64,000 nucleotides of DNA from an uncultured Alphaproteobacteria bacterium (GCA_944391445.1 CALXTL010000006.1:21123-85122), one strand, 5' to 3'. Numbered from the stretch's first letter, positions 9,753 to 21,134 are shown. Translations and numbers: made by a program. The notes: a model not told the origin generated them from the sequence alone.

Positions 9753-10583
9753 ATGCTTTATACCAAATCTTTTTCTGCGCAAAATCAAAACGACAGTCTT
9801 TCGCTGCTGTACGGTTTTGTTGCGCCGGGGAGTTTGGTTTTGGATGTCGGTTGCGCCTGTGGTGATCTGGCCGCCGCCCTGCACCGGGAAAAAAATTGTG
9901 TGGTCTGTGGTTTGGAAAACAATCCTGAAAGCGTGGCGCTGTGCCGCCGTCTGAATGTTTTTAAGCAAATAGATCAATTTGACTTGAATAATTTGACAAT
10001 AGCCGGTTTTTCGGACTATATCGGCACTTTTGACACGGTAATCTGTGGCGATGTGCTGGAACACTTGATAGCGCCAGACAGAACATTGCAGGTTTTGCGC
10101 GGATTTTTGAAAAAAGAGGGACAACTGTTGGTTTCCTTGCCCAATGTGGCCCATGCCAGCATTAAAGCTAACTTGTTGCTGAATGACTTTACCTATACGG
10201 ACATCGGTATTTTGGATCGAACACATCTGCACTTTTTCACGGCGCGCAGCATTGCCTCCTTTTTGGCAAAATGCGGTTTTGCCATTGAAACTGCCGCAGC
10301 CGTCACACTGCCGCCGGACGGCTGGCAACCGCACCCGCTTTCGGATCTCCCGCCGGAGATAGCGTCTTTCATTTTGGCCGACAGGCAGTCATACATCATG
10401 CAGTATGTCATGCGTTGTTGTCTTTGTTCGGCAGATTCAACCGTCGCCAACCTGAAAAAGCTCGAAAATCTGTCCCTTGATAAAAATGAAAGAGCTGATA
10501 TAATATCCCGGATAAAGCGCCTGTTGGTTACCAAGTGGCCTGATTTGTTAAAATATCTGGAAAAGTTGCGTTTGCGTCGATAG
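9753..10583 (+). CDS. class I SAM-dependent methyltransferase
   Basis: Motif I 'VLDVGCACGDL' and post-I 'VICGDVLEHL'. Confidence 0.75.
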   Translation: MLYTKSFSAQNQNDSLSLLYGFVAPGSLVLDVGCACGDLAAALHREKNCVVCGLENNPESVALCRRLNVFKQIDQFDLNNLTIAGFSDYIGTFDTVICGDVLEHLIAPDRTLQVLRGFLKKEGQLLVSLPNVAHASIKANLLLNDFTYTDIGILDRTHLHFFTARSIASFLAKCGFAIETAAAVTLPPDGWQPHPLSDLPPEIASFILADRQSYIMQYVMRCCLCSADSTVANLKKLENLSLDKNERADIISRIKRLLVTKWPDLLKYLEKLRLRR

Positions 10584-10592
10584 GAGAATATT

Positions 10593-11552
10593 TTGAAAAC
10601 ACTTGCGATTATTCTGCCTTGTTACAATGAAGAAGAAATTTTGCCGCTAACGATTCGGAAAATGAAAACATTGCTTTCCGGTTTAATCAAGGCCAGGAAA
10701 GTTTCGCCGCGGAGCCGGATATGTTTTGTGAATGACGGCAGCCGCGACAAAACGGCAGAAATCATCGCCGCGGCTTGTGCCAAAAATAAAATGTTCTGCG
10801 CGCTGAATTTGTCACGCAACTTTGGACATCAGGGGGCCATTTTGGCCGGAATGTATGAAGTCTGTGCCGATATTTATGTTACAATTGACGCCGATTTGCA
10901 GGATAATCCGGACTGCATCAACCAAATGCTCGAAAAAATAGAAGAAGGTTGTGATATTGTATACGGCGTCAGAGATTCTCGCGGCACCGACACGTTTTTC
11001 AAGCGGACCAGCGCCACACTTTATTACCGCCTGCTCAAATGGCTCGGCGTCAACATTGTCTATAATCATGCCGACTTCCGAATGATGACTAAAAGAGCGG
11101 TAGAAACCTTAAAACAATTTCCGGAGCGTAATTTATTCCTGCGGGCGATCGTTCCACTGCTCGGTTTCCGCTCGGCAACAGTTTACTACGACCGCACCGC
11201 GCGTCAGGCGGGCGAGACCAAATATCCGCTGAGCAAAATGATGGCCTTGGCGTGGAACGGTGTGTCAAACTTTTCGATTGTACCTTTGCGGATGGTCACG
11301 TTTTTGGGGTTTGCCATATGTTTCCTGAGTCTGATTTTTCTGTGCTTTGTCATCTACCGCTGGTCGGTGCGCGGCACAATTGTCGGCTGGGCTTCTTTGG
11401 TAACAATCATCACCGTATTTAGCGGGGTGCAGCTTGTTTCGCTCGGCATCATTGGTGAATATCTCGCCAAAGTGTTTGTTGAAGTCAAAAAACGACCGTT
11501 GTTTATTGTTGAGAAAAAAATCGGCTTTGACCGGGAAACGCAAGATTGTTAA
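10593..11552 (+). CDS. polyprenyl-phosphate glycosyltransferase (GtrB/ArnC/DPM1-like GT2)
   Basis: TTG start behind an AGGAGA SD. Motifs 'ILPCYNEEE', 'VNDGSRDKT' and 'DADLQDNP', plus two C-terminal TM helices. Confidence 0.8.
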   Translation: MKTLAIILPCYNEEEILPLTIRKMKTLLSGLIKARKVSPRSRICFVNDGSRDKTAEIIAAACAKNKMFCALNLSRNFGHQGAILAGMYEVCADIYVTIDADLQDNPDCINQMLEKIEEGCDIVYGVRDSRGTDTFFKRTSATLYYRLLKWLGVNIVYNHADFRMMTKRAVETLKQFPERNLFLRAIVPLLGFRSATVYYDRTARQAGETKYPLSKMMALAWNGVSNFSIVPLRMVTFLGFAICFLSLIFLCFVIYRWSVRGTIVGWASLVTIITVFSGVQLVSLGIIGEYLAKVFVEVKKRPLFIVEKKIGFDRETQDC

Positions 11553-11612
11553 TGATTTATCAAATAAGTTGTGTTATCTTGCAATCAAACTTTAGTCACA
11601 TAGAATGAGGAA

Positions 11613-12245
11613 ATGCTGATGTATGCCCAAAAATATCCGCTGACCGGCAGCAGTTTGGTGCCGATGGTGATTGAACAAACTTCCAAGGGAGAGCGCTCTT
11701 TTGATATCTATTCAAGGCTTTTAAAAGAGCGGATCGTCTTTCTGACCGGCGAAGTCAATGACGATGTTGCTTCTCTGGTTTGCGCCCAGCTGCTTTTTTT
11801 GGAATCCGAAGATCCCAAAAAAGATGTTTTTCTCTACATCAATTCTCCCGGTGGTTCGGTTACGGCGGGCATGGCTATGTTTGATACCATGAATTATATC
11901 AGTTGCGATGTCAACACGCTGTGCATCGGTCAGGCGTGCTCCATGGGATCGCTGCTGCTGACAGCCGGCGCCAAGGGCAAGCGTTTTGCTCTGCCTAATT
12001 CCCAGATCATGATCCACCAGCCTTCCGGCGGCTTCCAGGGACAGGCAACGGATATGGAAATCCGCACGCGTCTGATTCTGGACATGAAAAAACGACTGAA
12101 CAAAATCTATGCCGAACGAACCGGACAAAAACTTTCCGTTATTGAAAAAGCAATGGAACGAGATAATTTCATGACGCCTGAAGAGGCTAAAAAATTTGGT
12201 CTGATTGACCATATTGTCACCAATCGAGTAGAACTTGCCAAGTAG
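11613..12245 (+). CDS. clpP: ATP-dependent Clp protease proteolytic subunit
   Basis: Catalytic Ser in 'GQACSMGS' and His in 'IMIHQPSGG'. It lies upstream of clpX. Confidence 0.95.
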   Translation: MLMYAQKYPLTGSSLVPMVIEQTSKGERSFDIYSRLLKERIVFLTGEVNDDVASLVCAQLLFLESEDPKKDVFLYINSPGGSVTAGMAMFDTMNYISCDVNTLCIGQACSMGSLLLTAGAKGKRFALPNSQIMIHQPSGGFQGQATDMEIRTRLILDMKKRLNKIYAERTGQKLSVIEKAMERDNFMTPEEAKKFGLIDHIVTNRVELAK

Positions 12246-12254
12246 GAAAACAAA

Positions 12255-13502
12255 ATGAGTGAAAACGAGGAACTGCATTGTTCGTTTTGCGGCAAAAGCC
12301 AGAATGAAGTCAAAAAGCTGATTGCCGGCCGCGGCGTATATATCTGTGATGAGTGCATTGAGGTCTGCATCAATATTGTGGCAGACGAACTCGCGGAAGA
12401 AGCTAAAAACAACGGATCAGAAGCGGAGACACTGCCTTCCCCTTCCAAGATTAAAGAGTTTTTGGATCAGTACGTCATTGGCCAGGATTATGCCAAAAAA
12501 GTTTTGTCTGTTGCCGTTTATAATCATTATAAAAGGCTGAATTCTGGCAAAAACAATAAAGATGTTGAAATTGCCAAGTCAAATGTAATCCTGATCGGCT
12601 CCACCGGTTCGGGCAAAACGCTTTTGGCACAGACATTGGCCAAGATTCTGGATGTGCCTTTTGCGATTGCCGACGCCACCACCTTAACCGAGGCCGGTTA
12701 TGTTGGTGAGGATGTCGAAAATATTATTCTCAAACTGGTGCAAAATGCCAATTACGATATTGAAAAAGCTCAGCGTGGAATTGTCTATATTGACGAGATT
12801 GACAAGATCACCCGCAAAACAGACGGCCCGTCCATCACGCGCGATGTGTCGGGAGAAGGTGTCCAGCAGGCGCTGCTGAAAATCATTGAAGGGACCGTGG
12901 CCAATGTGCCGCCGCAAGGCGGACGGAAACATCCGCAGCAAGAATTTTTGCATGTAGATACAACCAATATTCTGTTCATTTGCGGTGGAGCTTTTGCCGG
13001 TTTGGAAAAAATTGTCAGCCGCCGCGGTAAGGACACATCCATCGGTTTCGGTGCAAAAGTGGCTTCCAAAGAAGAACGCGGTATCGGCGAAATTATCAAA
13101 GATGTCCAACCGGAAGATTTGCTCAAATACGGTTTGATTCCTGAATTTATCGGCCGTTTGCCGATTATTGCCACGCTTGGCGATCTGAACGAAGAGGCTT
13201 TGGTTCGGGTTTTGACCGAGCCTAAAAATGCCCTGGTTAAGCAATATGTGGCTATGTTTGAGATGGAAGGCGTAAAGTTGACCTTTACCGATGATGCTCT
13301 GACCGCCATTGCCAAAAAAGCCATTGAGCGCAAAACAGGTGCCCGCGGGCTGCGCGCCATCATGGAAGATAATTTGCTTGAACTGATGTATGACATTCCC
13401 GATAAAAAAGATGTTGGCGAAATCGTTATTGATGAAAAAGTGATTAACGAGAAAAAAGAGCCTAAGTTTATTCTGCGTAAAGAGACGCAAAAGGCTTCCT
13501 GA
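12255..13502 (+). CDS. clpX: ATP-dependent Clp protease ATP-binding subunit ClpX
   Basis: N-terminal zinc finger 'CSFCGK...CDEC', Walker A 'GSTGSGKT' and Walker B 'IVYIDEIDK'. Confidence 0.95.
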   Translation: MSENEELHCSFCGKSQNEVKKLIAGRGVYICDECIEVCINIVADELAEEAKNNGSEAETLPSPSKIKEFLDQYVIGQDYAKKVLSVAVYNHYKRLNSGKNNKDVEIAKSNVILIGSTGSGKTLLAQTLAKILDVPFAIADATTLTEAGYVGEDVENIILKLVQNANYDIEKAQRGIVYIDEIDKITRKTDGPSITRDVSGEGVQQALLKIIEGTVANVPPQGGRKHPQQEFLHVDTTNILFICGGAFAGLEKIVSRRGKDTSIGFGAKVASKEERGIGEIIKDVQPEDLLKYGLIPEFIGRLPIIATLGDLNEEALVRVLTEPKNALVKQYVAMFEMEGVKLTFTDDALTAIAKKAIERKTGARGLRAIMEDNLLELMYDIPDKKDVGEIVIDEKVINEKKEPKFILRKETQKAS

Positions 13503-13516
13503 GGTATTACTTTTCT

Positions 13517-13550
13517 AAAAAATCCCGCTGGTTTAAGGCGGGATTTTTTT
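13517..13550. terminator. bidirectional terminator (clpX / TPR gene)
   Basis: A-run, then AATCCCGC ... GCGGGATT, then a T-run. Confidence 0.7.
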
Positions 13551-13569
13551 AGAAAACAGATTGGCAGAA

Positions 13570-15393
13570 TTAGGGGCGCGGCCGCATGTCGTTAAGGACT
13601 GTTTGTTTCCGTTCAGTATTAAGCAGCCGGATCTGCTGCTCGACAATTTCTTTATTATACTTAATATCAGGCTCTTTGAGCAGGCCGTTTTCAAGCTTGG
13701 TATGAATTTTGTCCACATCAAGTTCGCCGCTGTCATCTTTAAGCGTCAGGGCATGTTGCCATTGAAAACGAGCCTCATTCTTGCGCCGTGCAAACCAATA
13801 AACATCGCCGAGATGATCGCTGATAACCGCGTTGGTCGGGCTTGTCTCTGCGGCCTTTTCAAGATACGGCACCGCCATGGCATAATAACCAAGGTTATAA
13901 AGAGCCCAGCCGAGGCTGTCATTGATATTGGGATCTTCCGGTGCCTGAGTGTATGCTTTGACAATCATGGTAAAAGCCTGGTCGATATTTTTCCCTTGCC
14001 GGATCCAGCTATAACCGAGATAGTTCAGCACCAGATAATGTTCATTGCTCAGCTTAAGGGATTTTTCAAGAGCCTCTTCAGCTTTGTCCCATTCTTCGTT
14101 TTGGTCGTAGGAAACGCCGAGTGCATAATAAAGCACCCACAAACTGGCCTGATCTTTGGTCTTTTTAATAGCGCGCTCATAATATTTGATAGCTTCTTGC
14201 GGGCGGTTTTTCATGCGTAAAATATCGCCGAGATCAAGATAAATCTGCGCATTGTCATAGTCCAGCGCCAAAGACTTTAACAACATTTCCGCGCCGTCAA
14301 AATCATTTTGCTTAATCAAATTATTGGCCATTTTAAGCTGCGCCGCGTAATAAGAATGAGACTCTTCTTCAATGCTGTCATAAACCTTATTGGCGTCAGC
14401 GTACATTTCGCGATCTTCCAAAATATTAGCCAGCAGCAATTTGGCCAGATCATAATGCGGATTTTCATAAATGGCCAGGCTGATAAACATATGTGCCACA
14501 TCAAGAGCATCGTCATAGCGGAAAGTAGCGGCAATGCTGAACAAAGCTTCAGCAGCGCCGGTATCCGGCCCGGTAATCAGCGCGGCTGCTTTGCCAGGTT
14601 CGCTTTGGCGAACTTCCTGAACAAAAGAGCGCAGGATTTCGAGAGTAACCGTTTCGTCACTGAGGGCGGCAACAATCTGCAGCGCCTTGTCTTTTTGCCC
14701 GGTGCGCAGATAAAAATTACTGATCACCTGCAAGGAGCGCAGCGACATTTCCATATCGTCATTCTGCACAATGGTTTCATAATGTTTCTGTGCTTCTGCG
14801 TTGCGTCCGAAATAATCGTTAATCATGCCGGCATGGAAATGATAAATGCTCTTAAAGCCGGGTTCTTTTTTCAGCTTTGCCAGTTGGTTAAGCGCTTTGT
14901 CCGGTTGATTGAGGCCGACATAATTCCAGGCTTTAAGCAGCGGCGCAATAAAATTGCGATAGGCAATATTGTCAAACTTGTCAAGGGTTTTAAGACTGTC
15001 CTGATAGCGTTTGTGGTGCATTTGCTGGACAGCAATCACCGTATTGGCAAAATTATCGGATTGCCCGCCATCCACAATTTGCGCAGCATAGACGGACGCT
15101 TCGTCGATCCGTCCCTGCGAAACTAAAATCAAATACAGCTTGCCGATCAATTCTTTGTTGTTCGGATCGGCCTTGAGACTTTGGATATAATAATCGGAGG
15201 CTGTGCCGAAATCGCGCCGCAAATGGGCAACTCTGCCGGCCAGATACGAACCGTAAGACTTTCCCTGCGGTGTCGAGGACACGCCGGATGCAGGAAGCTC
15301 CGCGGGCAAAGGTGTTGTCCGCACGCAGGAACCGAAGATTCCGATGGATCCGAGAAGAATAAGCAGAAAAACATAACGAGCCATGGTCAGCAC
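13570..15393 (-). CDS. TPR-repeat protein with signal or lipoprotein peptide
   Basis: 607 aa. The N-terminal hydrophobic segment ends 'FGSC', and many 34-aa TPR-like units follow (A..Y..A...). Confidence 0.7.
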   Translation of the reverse strand: MLTMARYVFLLILLGSIGIFGSCVRTTPLPAELPASGVSSTPQGKSYGSYLAGRVAHLRRDFGTASDYYIQSLKADPNNKELIGKLYLILVSQGRIDEASVYAAQIVDGGQSDNFANTVIAVQQMHHKRYQDSLKTLDKFDNIAYRNFIAPLLKAWNYVGLNQPDKALNQLAKLKKEPGFKSIYHFHAGMINDYFGRNAEAQKHYETIVQNDDMEMSLRSLQVISNFYLRTGQKDKALQIVAALSDETVTLEILRSFVQEVRQSEPGKAAALITGPDTGAAEALFSIAATFRYDDALDVAHMFISLAIYENPHYDLAKLLLANILEDREMYADANKVYDSIEEESHSYYAAQLKMANNLIKQNDFDGAEMLLKSLALDYDNAQIYLDLGDILRMKNRPQEAIKYYERAIKKTKDQASLWVLYYALGVSYDQNEEWDKAEEALEKSLKLSNEHYLVLNYLGYSWIRQGKNIDQAFTMIVKAYTQAPEDPNINDSLGWALYNLGYYAMAVPYLEKAAETSPTNAVISDHLGDVYWFARRKNEARFQWQHALTLKDDSGELDVDKIHTKLENGLLKEPDIKYNKEIVEQQIRLLNTERKQTVLNDMRPRP

Positions 15394-15532
15394 AAATCCA
15401 AAAATCGCTTTAAACTCCCTTTATCATATCTGTTTTTTTTAATCATACAATAGACTTTCTAAATATATCACAAAATTTGTGTAAATAAATGTTTTGACTT
15501 GCAAAGAGGCATAATTTGTCTAATTTAAAAAT

Positions 15533-16318
15533 ATGAAAATGGAAAATTTGACATCGGAACAAATTTTGGAGTGGTATCTGTGCGCCGGCGTAGATGAAAC
15601 CTGCGGCGAAAGTCCGTTTATGCCGCCGCCGTCCGCGTCCGAGCAGACAACGCCGGCGGCTGTATCGGCACTGCGCCGGGCGACAACCGGTCTGGCTCAG
15701 GCGGTAAATTCGGCCTGCCGGAGCGCCAAAGATCTTTGCGCCGGTATCAACACGCTGGAGGAACTGCGGCAGGCCGTAGAAAGTTTTGACGGCTGCGCGT
15801 TGAAACTGACGGCGTCACATACCGTTTTCGGTGATGGCAACCCTCACGCCAGGGTGGTGTTGATCGGGGAGGCACCAGGTGCCGATGAAGACCGCGTTGG
15901 TATCCCTTTTGTCGGGCGCAGCGGGCATCTGCTGGACAAGATGCTGGCTGCCGCGGGGCTGGAGCGCAAAGAGGTGTATATATGCAACATTTTGCCCTGG
16001 CGTCCGCCGGGGAACCGTACGCCGCTGGACTCGGAAGTTGCTGTTTGCCTGCCGTTTTTAAAACGCCAGCTGGATCTGATAGATCCTGATTATATTTTTA
16101 TCATGGGCGGCAGCGCGGCCAATGCCTTGTTGGAGACTGCCGAGACAATCTCCAAAATGCGCGGAAAATGGTTTGAATACACAAAATCAAACGGCAAGAC
16201 GGCCTCCGTTTTGGCCAGCTTTCATCCGGCTTATCTGCTGCGCACGCCCGGGCAAAAGTCTAAATCCTGGGCCGATCTTTTGCGCCTTCGTGCACGCATG
16301 CTGGCTGAAAACGGTTAA
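15533..16318 (+). CDS. uracil-DNA glycosylase, family 4, with N-terminal extension
   Basis: 'GEAPGADED' and 'HPAYLLR' motifs of family 4 UDG. Confidence 0.8.
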   Translation: MKMENLTSEQILEWYLCAGVDETCGESPFMPPPSASEQTTPAAVSALRRATTGLAQAVNSACRSAKDLCAGINTLEELRQAVESFDGCALKLTASHTVFGDGNPHARVVLIGEAPGADEDRVGIPFVGRSGHLLDKMLAAAGLERKEVYICNILPWRPPGNRTPLDSEVAVCLPFLKRQLDLIDPDYIFIMGGSAANALLETAETISKMRGKWFEYTKSNGKTASVLASFHPAYLLRTPGQKSKSWADLLRLRARMLAENG

Positions 16319-16409
16319 CAACGTTATTAAAAACTTTACTATTTGGTGTTAATTTATACAATACAATTATTCTGCGAACCTGAATTTTGCAAAAGGATAA
16401 GGAAAAAAG

Positions 16410-17123
16410 ATGACGAAAATCAGCAAATTGCTCTGGAGCACTCTCGGAATAGGCCTGTTTTCTTTTGCCGGCGCTGCCGGTGCGGTTGAAGACACCGTAC
16501 TGTTTAAGATACATGATATTGTGCCGGTCAAAAATGCCGACGGTAATGTGATTGCCTGCGACATCGGCGCCACTTTTTACAACCGCACCGCCAATGAAAT
16601 CAAAAACGCGTCGCTCAATCTGATCTGGACTGATGAAGTTATCGGCGAAACCATTAATCAGGAGGAGCGAGAGGCCAAAGAGGCGCAAAGAGCCAACCGG
16701 CGCCGTGTCTCCCGCTATAATACGTCGAGCTATACCAGCCGCGACATTCTTCTGAAGTTGCGCCTGCCGCCGTTGAAATCCTATCAGCAGATTACGCTCA
16801 AATCCAAAGTCAATACCGATCGGTGCTTTCTGCTGCTGAACGATATGGAGGTTGATGTCATAAGCTGCGGTTCGTCTTCCGATAATAATAAAAGATCCAG
16901 AAATTCAGTGATGCAGCAAGCCAATTGCGATGGTCTGTTTACATATATCTCGCCGGCTTCTCCCGAATATTATAATGATTTTCAGGCCATCTCCGTTGCT
17001 GAGCAGACCGCCCAAGAAAACTCGCTTCTTCAGGAAAAGAAAGAAGCTTTAAATGCCGTATATCAAGATGCCTTAAAGCAGATTGACACACTGAATAAAA
17101 CATTGGACGGAGCTTCGGAGTAA
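16410..17123 (+). CDS. secreted hypothetical protein
   Basis: 237-aa ORF with a signal peptide (…FSFAGAAGA). No recognisable domain. Confidence 0.5.
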   Translation: MTKISKLLWSTLGIGLFSFAGAAGAVEDTVLFKIHDIVPVKNADGNVIACDIGATFYNRTANEIKNASLNLIWTDEVIGETINQEEREAKEAQRANRRRVSRYNTSSYTSRDILLKLRLPPLKSYQQITLKSKVNTDRCFLLLNDMEVDVISCGSSSDNNKRSRNSVMQQANCDGLFTYISPASPEYYNDFQAISVAEQTAQENSLLQEKKEALNAVYQDALKQIDTLNKTLDGASE

Positions 17124-17142
17124 CGCATATAAAAGGTTCGCC

Positions 17143-17832
17143 ATGAGATTTGGGATAGTTTTTGCAATATTGCTGCCATTACTGACATTCGGGCCGCCGC
17201 TGCGGGCGCAGTCTTTTGGCAATGAGGAAACATCCCAACCGTCCAATGCGGCGGCTTTTGGCCTGCTGACGGAAGATCACCCTGAGCCGGAGACGGCAAA
17301 GCCGGCTGAGAAGTTGCAGACAACGGAAGATGTCGCTCGTGCTCTGGCTGAGGAAAAGGCCGGCCTGAAGAAAGAAAAAGAAGATATTTTTATGCCGGGC
17401 GGCGGGACGGAAAAATTGCGGCAGCCCACGCAGGATAAATCAATACGGGGTAAAGCGACGATTATTGAGATGGATAATACGGGCAAAACCAGAGGCAATT
17501 CAAACATCTTCATGTATATGGATAATTTTGCCATTTCCCGTTCAATCGGGGGGATGGTGACCTGCAACATGCGTTTTATAATTCTGACAAATCTGGATCG
17601 TCGGCTGGTCAGTCTGGACACCAAGCTGGTTTGGCCGGGGATTTCGACAACTTTGTCTTTTGCCAATGTCATGCCCAATACACCGACAGCTTATAATTAT
17701 ACGCTGATGGGGGATGGCTGCTATACCATGGACAAAGAGCCGAACATCATTGTCAATCGTTGCCGTGTCCGCGGAATGGGTTCGGCGGAATGCGCAGATA
17801 AAATCATTTGGCTGACCAATATAAAGCGATGA
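17143..17832 (+). CDS. secreted hypothetical protein
   Basis: 229-aa ORF with a signal peptide (…PPLRA). Its stop overlaps the next start (ATGA). Confidence 0.5.
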   Translation: MRFGIVFAILLPLLTFGPPLRAQSFGNEETSQPSNAAAFGLLTEDHPEPETAKPAEKLQTTEDVARALAEEKAGLKKEKEDIFMPGGGTEKLRQPTQDKSIRGKATIIEMDNTGKTRGNSNIFMYMDNFAISRSIGGMVTCNMRFIILTNLDRRLVSLDTKLVWPGISTTLSFANVMPNTPTAYNYTLMGDGCYTMDKEPNIIVNRCRVRGMGSAECADKIIWLTNIKR

Positions 17833-19547
17833 CCGGCAAGCATCTTTTCAGATATTTTCTTTCAACATGCGCCATAGGCGTTTGGTTGTCGTTTTCGTCG
17901 GCTTATGCCGCGCCGCAGCCGATTATCAATGCCGGCTCTTATGAGCGGATTATTTCATATCTTTTGGTCTCGCCGCGAGACATTGATTTGTATAAAAAAA
18001 TGTTTCGTTCTTTGGAGAAAAACAATTTCCGAGAATTTGACAGGCTAAAACAAAATCTTGAAAACAACATTTTGCTTGGTCCGGCGCTGGCGGCAAAATA
18101 TCTTCATCCCAAATACAAGTCGTCTTTATCGGAACTTAAAGCTTGGCTTGAAGAATATAATTCTCTGCCGCAGGCCAAACGCATATATCATCTGGCGTTG
18201 CGCAAAGGAGGCAAACCCTCTGAGCTGAAGGCGCCGGTTGTGCTGGATGATAATGCCCGTGCCGGAGATGAGATCAGCGTATTTGTCAACCGGCAGCGCG
18301 CCAAATTTCGCAGCTACATTAATCGCGGCAAGACCAAGCCTGCCAGATTGATTTTGGAAAACAAACGTTTCAGACAGACAGCGCCAAATGAACTTTGGGA
18401 CGAAATGGCAGCCACGCTGGCACAGAAATATCTGGTTGATAATTATGACCGTCTGGCGCTGGAGTGGGGGGAAAAAGCTATGCGCCGGCACAATTCCGGC
18501 ACCGCCACATGGGTTGCGGGGCTGGCTTCCTGGCGGATGAAAAATTATAAAAAAGCCGCGTTGTATTTTGAGCGGCTCGGCCGGTCAAAAAATTCGGATG
18601 AATGGCTGGTGGCCGCCGGCGGCTACTGGGCGCATCGTGCTTATGAGCAGCTTGGTAACAAGAAAAAAGCACGTCAGATGCTGGAAAGCGCAATGCGGTT
18701 CAAACACACTTTTTATGGCATCTTGGCGGCGCAAAAGCTGGGACGCACATTGGAATATAACTGGAATTCAATTGCTTATTTTAATGACTTCAACAATTAC
18801 GATTACATTTATGATCTTTTGGCCTCTCCCTATATTCGCCGGGCTATTTTGCTGATTCATGCCAAACAGCCGAAACTGGCCGAACAAGAGCTGCGCTTTG
18901 GTTATCAGACCATGGATGAAAAGCAAAAAGAAGCGGTCATCTTCATTGCGGCACAGTATAATATGCATTCTTTGGCCATTTACCTGGCAAATCAGACAAA
19001 GAATTTGGCGGATAACCGCAGCTATGATAACTTTGCCTATCCGTTGCCGGCCTGGTTGCCGGTTCACGGCTGGAAAATCGACAAATCGCTTGTTTTGGGG
19101 TTGATTCGGCAAGAATCCGCTTTTCGGCCGGATGCGGTCAGCAGCGCCGGCGCCAGGGGACTGATGCAGCTGATGCCCAACACGGCCTATCATGTCAGCA
19201 AGGATATCAGGGTTAAAAGAGACAAGGCCAGATTGTTCCGGGCGGATTATAATCTTAAGCTTGGGCAGCAATATATCAGTTATCTTCTTGACAAACCGTT
19301 TATTAACGGTAATTTATTCTACATGATCACGGCGTATAACGCCGGTCCTGGGAATCTGGTAAAATGGCAGAAAAACAGCCGCTATCGCAATGATGCGTTG
19401 TTGTTTATTGAGGTAATTCCCTCGGCGCAGACGCGGATTTATATTGAGCGCGTCATGGCCAATTATTGGATATATAACATGAGGTTTGGGATTGATAATC
19501 CGAGTCTGCGCCAGCTTGCAGGCGGACAATGGCCCGTCCTCAAATAG
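17829..19547 (+). CDS. soluble lytic murein transglycosylase (Slt70-like)
   Basis: Catalytic region 'RQESAFRPDAVSSAGARGLMQLMPNTA' behind an N-terminal superhelical repeat domain. The ATG at 17829 overlaps the upstream stop. Confidence 0.85.
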   Translation: MTGKHLFRYFLSTCAIGVWLSFSSAYAAPQPIINAGSYERIISYLLVSPRDIDLYKKMFRSLEKNNFREFDRLKQNLENNILLGPALAAKYLHPKYKSSLSELKAWLEEYNSLPQAKRIYHLALRKGGKPSELKAPVVLDDNARAGDEISVFVNRQRAKFRSYINRGKTKPARLILENKRFRQTAPNELWDEMAATLAQKYLVDNYDRLALEWGEKAMRRHNSGTATWVAGLASWRMKNYKKAALYFERLGRSKNSDEWLVAAGGYWAHRAYEQLGNKKKARQMLESAMRFKHTFYGILAAQKLGRTLEYNWNSIAYFNDFNNYDYIYDLLASPYIRRAILLIHAKQPKLAEQELRFGYQTMDEKQKEAVIFIAAQYNMHSLAIYLANQTKNLADNRSYDNFAYPLPAWLPVHGWKIDKSLVLGLIRQESAFRPDAVSSAGARGLMQLMPNTAYHVSKDIRVKRDKARLFRADYNLKLGQQYISYLLDKPFINGNLFYMITAYNAGPGNLVKWQKNSRYRNDALLFIEVIPSAQTRIYIERVMANYWIYNMRFGIDNPSLRQLAGGQWPVLK

Positions 19548-19564
19548 AATAAAGGATTTTGACA

Positions 19565-20446
19565 ATGGATTTGAAAACATGGGGGCTGTCGGCCCTGACT
19601 TTGCTGTGCTCGCTGAAGATGTCCGGGCAGAGCGGATATAACGACAAATGCAATGGTTCTCTGGCCTGGCTGAGCTCCACCACGGAAACCCGCGGGATGC
19701 GCAATCCGGCCGCGACGATTTCGGCTTCGGGAACATATTATGGTATCAATCAGCTGAGCGGCTACAATGTTTCCCGGCTGATTGATTTTATCAATACGCA
19801 CAAAGAATATGCGGCTTTGCGCGGCAAGCTTTCCGTCACCACCGGGAAGACCAAAAAAGGCCTGACCTATTATCGTGTCAACAAGGAAAAATGGCGCGCG
19901 CTGGCCAAGGCTCAGCCGCAGTTGTTTACCCGGGCGCAGGAAGATTTTTTGTGCCAGGTCTATCTGCCGGAGTGTTTTGGCAAACTGCAAAGAAAACTGA
20001 TTCAGGAAGCGCGCCGCACCGGCAAAAAACCGCTTGATCTGACCAAAATGCATCCGGTGGTTTTGTCTTTATTTGCGCGTTCTTTTGTAAAAAATCCCAG
20101 CGCGACGCTGCCTTTATCAAAGTTGAAAAAAGCGCGCAGCCTGGAAGATGTCAACAGCGAATCGTTCATCACCTCCTATATCGGCAAAAATGCCTATTTG
20201 AAAAAGAAGGCGCTGGACAGCTTCCGCAGCCACGACATCAGTTGGAAGCAGGCACAGTTGACGGCGGCCTGCACAGAAGCCAAAAAAGCCCTGCGCAACT
20301 ATGAGGCATCTCAGCTCGACAAGGCAAATCCGGTTGCTTCCGCCAGGAAAACTTCTGGCAAAACGGTTCAAAAACGCCCCGTCGCCAAAACGGCGTCATT
20401 GCAAACGGCGCAAATGCTCAAGCTTCGGCAAAATAGCCGCGGTTGA
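19565..20446 (+). CDS. secreted hypothetical protein
   Basis: ORF with a signal-like N-terminus and an SD (AAAGGA) 8 nt before ATG 19565. Confidence 0.45.
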   Translation: MDLKTWGLSALTLLCSLKMSGQSGYNDKCNGSLAWLSSTTETRGMRNPAATISASGTYYGINQLSGYNVSRLIDFINTHKEYAALRGKLSVTTGKTKKGLTYYRVNKEKWRALAKAQPQLFTRAQEDFLCQVYLPECFGKLQRKLIQEARRTGKKPLDLTKMHPVVLSLFARSFVKNPSATLPLSKLKKARSLEDVNSESFITSYIGKNAYLKKKALDSFRSHDISWKQAQLTAACTEAKKALRNYEASQLDKANPVASARKTSGKTVQKRPVAKTASLQTAQMLKLRQNSRG

Positions 20447-20575
20447 TAATCTGTTGCTAATCTGCCGGTTTTGTGCTATCCTAAAAGAGTAAAAGTATTA
20501 AATGTTTCTTCATCTTGAGTAACGCGGCCTCTTGGGGTGAAGACGAAAGTTAATGGCCGTTAAATATTAATATAT

Positions 20576-21079
20576 ATGGAAAAAATAATTTTGATCGCCG
20601 TTCTCTTGGCGGTCGCAGCTTTTTTCCTCCCGTTTGTGGAGTGTTATGGTGCAAATTCGTTCTCTCTGAGCGGTTTGTTGCATAACCTCAAAAAATGGGG
20701 AGAAAATATAATCAACGAGCTTTTAATGCTCGTTGGCGTTCTGGTTGTGTTTTTCATAGCTTATCTGATTTTGGATGAGCTGGGAGATTCGCATCCGGGA
20801 TGCGTATATGTCCCATTGGTGGTCATGCTGTGGATTATCCTCCGCGGTATGTATTTACCATTGGGGTTCGTTAAAAACTTCGGCAGCATTTGGCGGTCGA
20901 TAGTTTTTATCTTTCTGGGTTTCGTCCTCTACAAGGGCGTAATCTGGTGGATAACGGACATGATGATATGTGCCAAGTCGCTCATCGCCGCTGCGGTGTT
21001 TGGAGCGATATTGGTCGCATTCGCAAGATATATGGGCAAAATAGCCTACGGCTTTATAGCCTGTGCTTGCGAAAAATAA
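20576..21079 (+). CDS. integral membrane protein, unknown function
   Basis: 167 aa with about 5 TM segments. Confidence 0.5.
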   Translation: MEKIILIAVLLAVAAFFLPFVECYGANSFSLSGLLHNLKKWGENIINELLMLVGVLVVFFIAYLILDELGDSHPGCVYVPLVVMLWIILRGMYLPLGFVKNFGSIWRSIVFIFLGFVLYKGVIWWITDMMICAKSLIAAAVFGAILVAFARYMGKIAYGFIACACEK

Positions 21080-21085
21080 AAAACG

Positions 21086-21134
21086 AGAGCGTCTGTATTT
21101 CTGGGTTTTCCGGAAGGCAGGCGCTCTTGTTTTT
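21086..21134 (+). terminator. terminator hairpin
   Basis: 10-bp stem AGAGCGTCTG / CAGGCGCTCT followed by TTGTTTTT. Confidence 0.5.

Noticed and set aside
9336-10334. Long antisense or shadow ORFs: 9336-10334(-), 5656-6492(-), 12684-13490(-), 14308-15126(+), 26407-27063(+), 33010-33753(+), 49199-50203(+) and 57360-57977(+), among others.
   Set aside because: Each lies opposite a CDS with clear family motifs and has low-complexity or biased composition (Phe, Ile, Asn or Arg-rich). None has an RBS or a recognisable domain.
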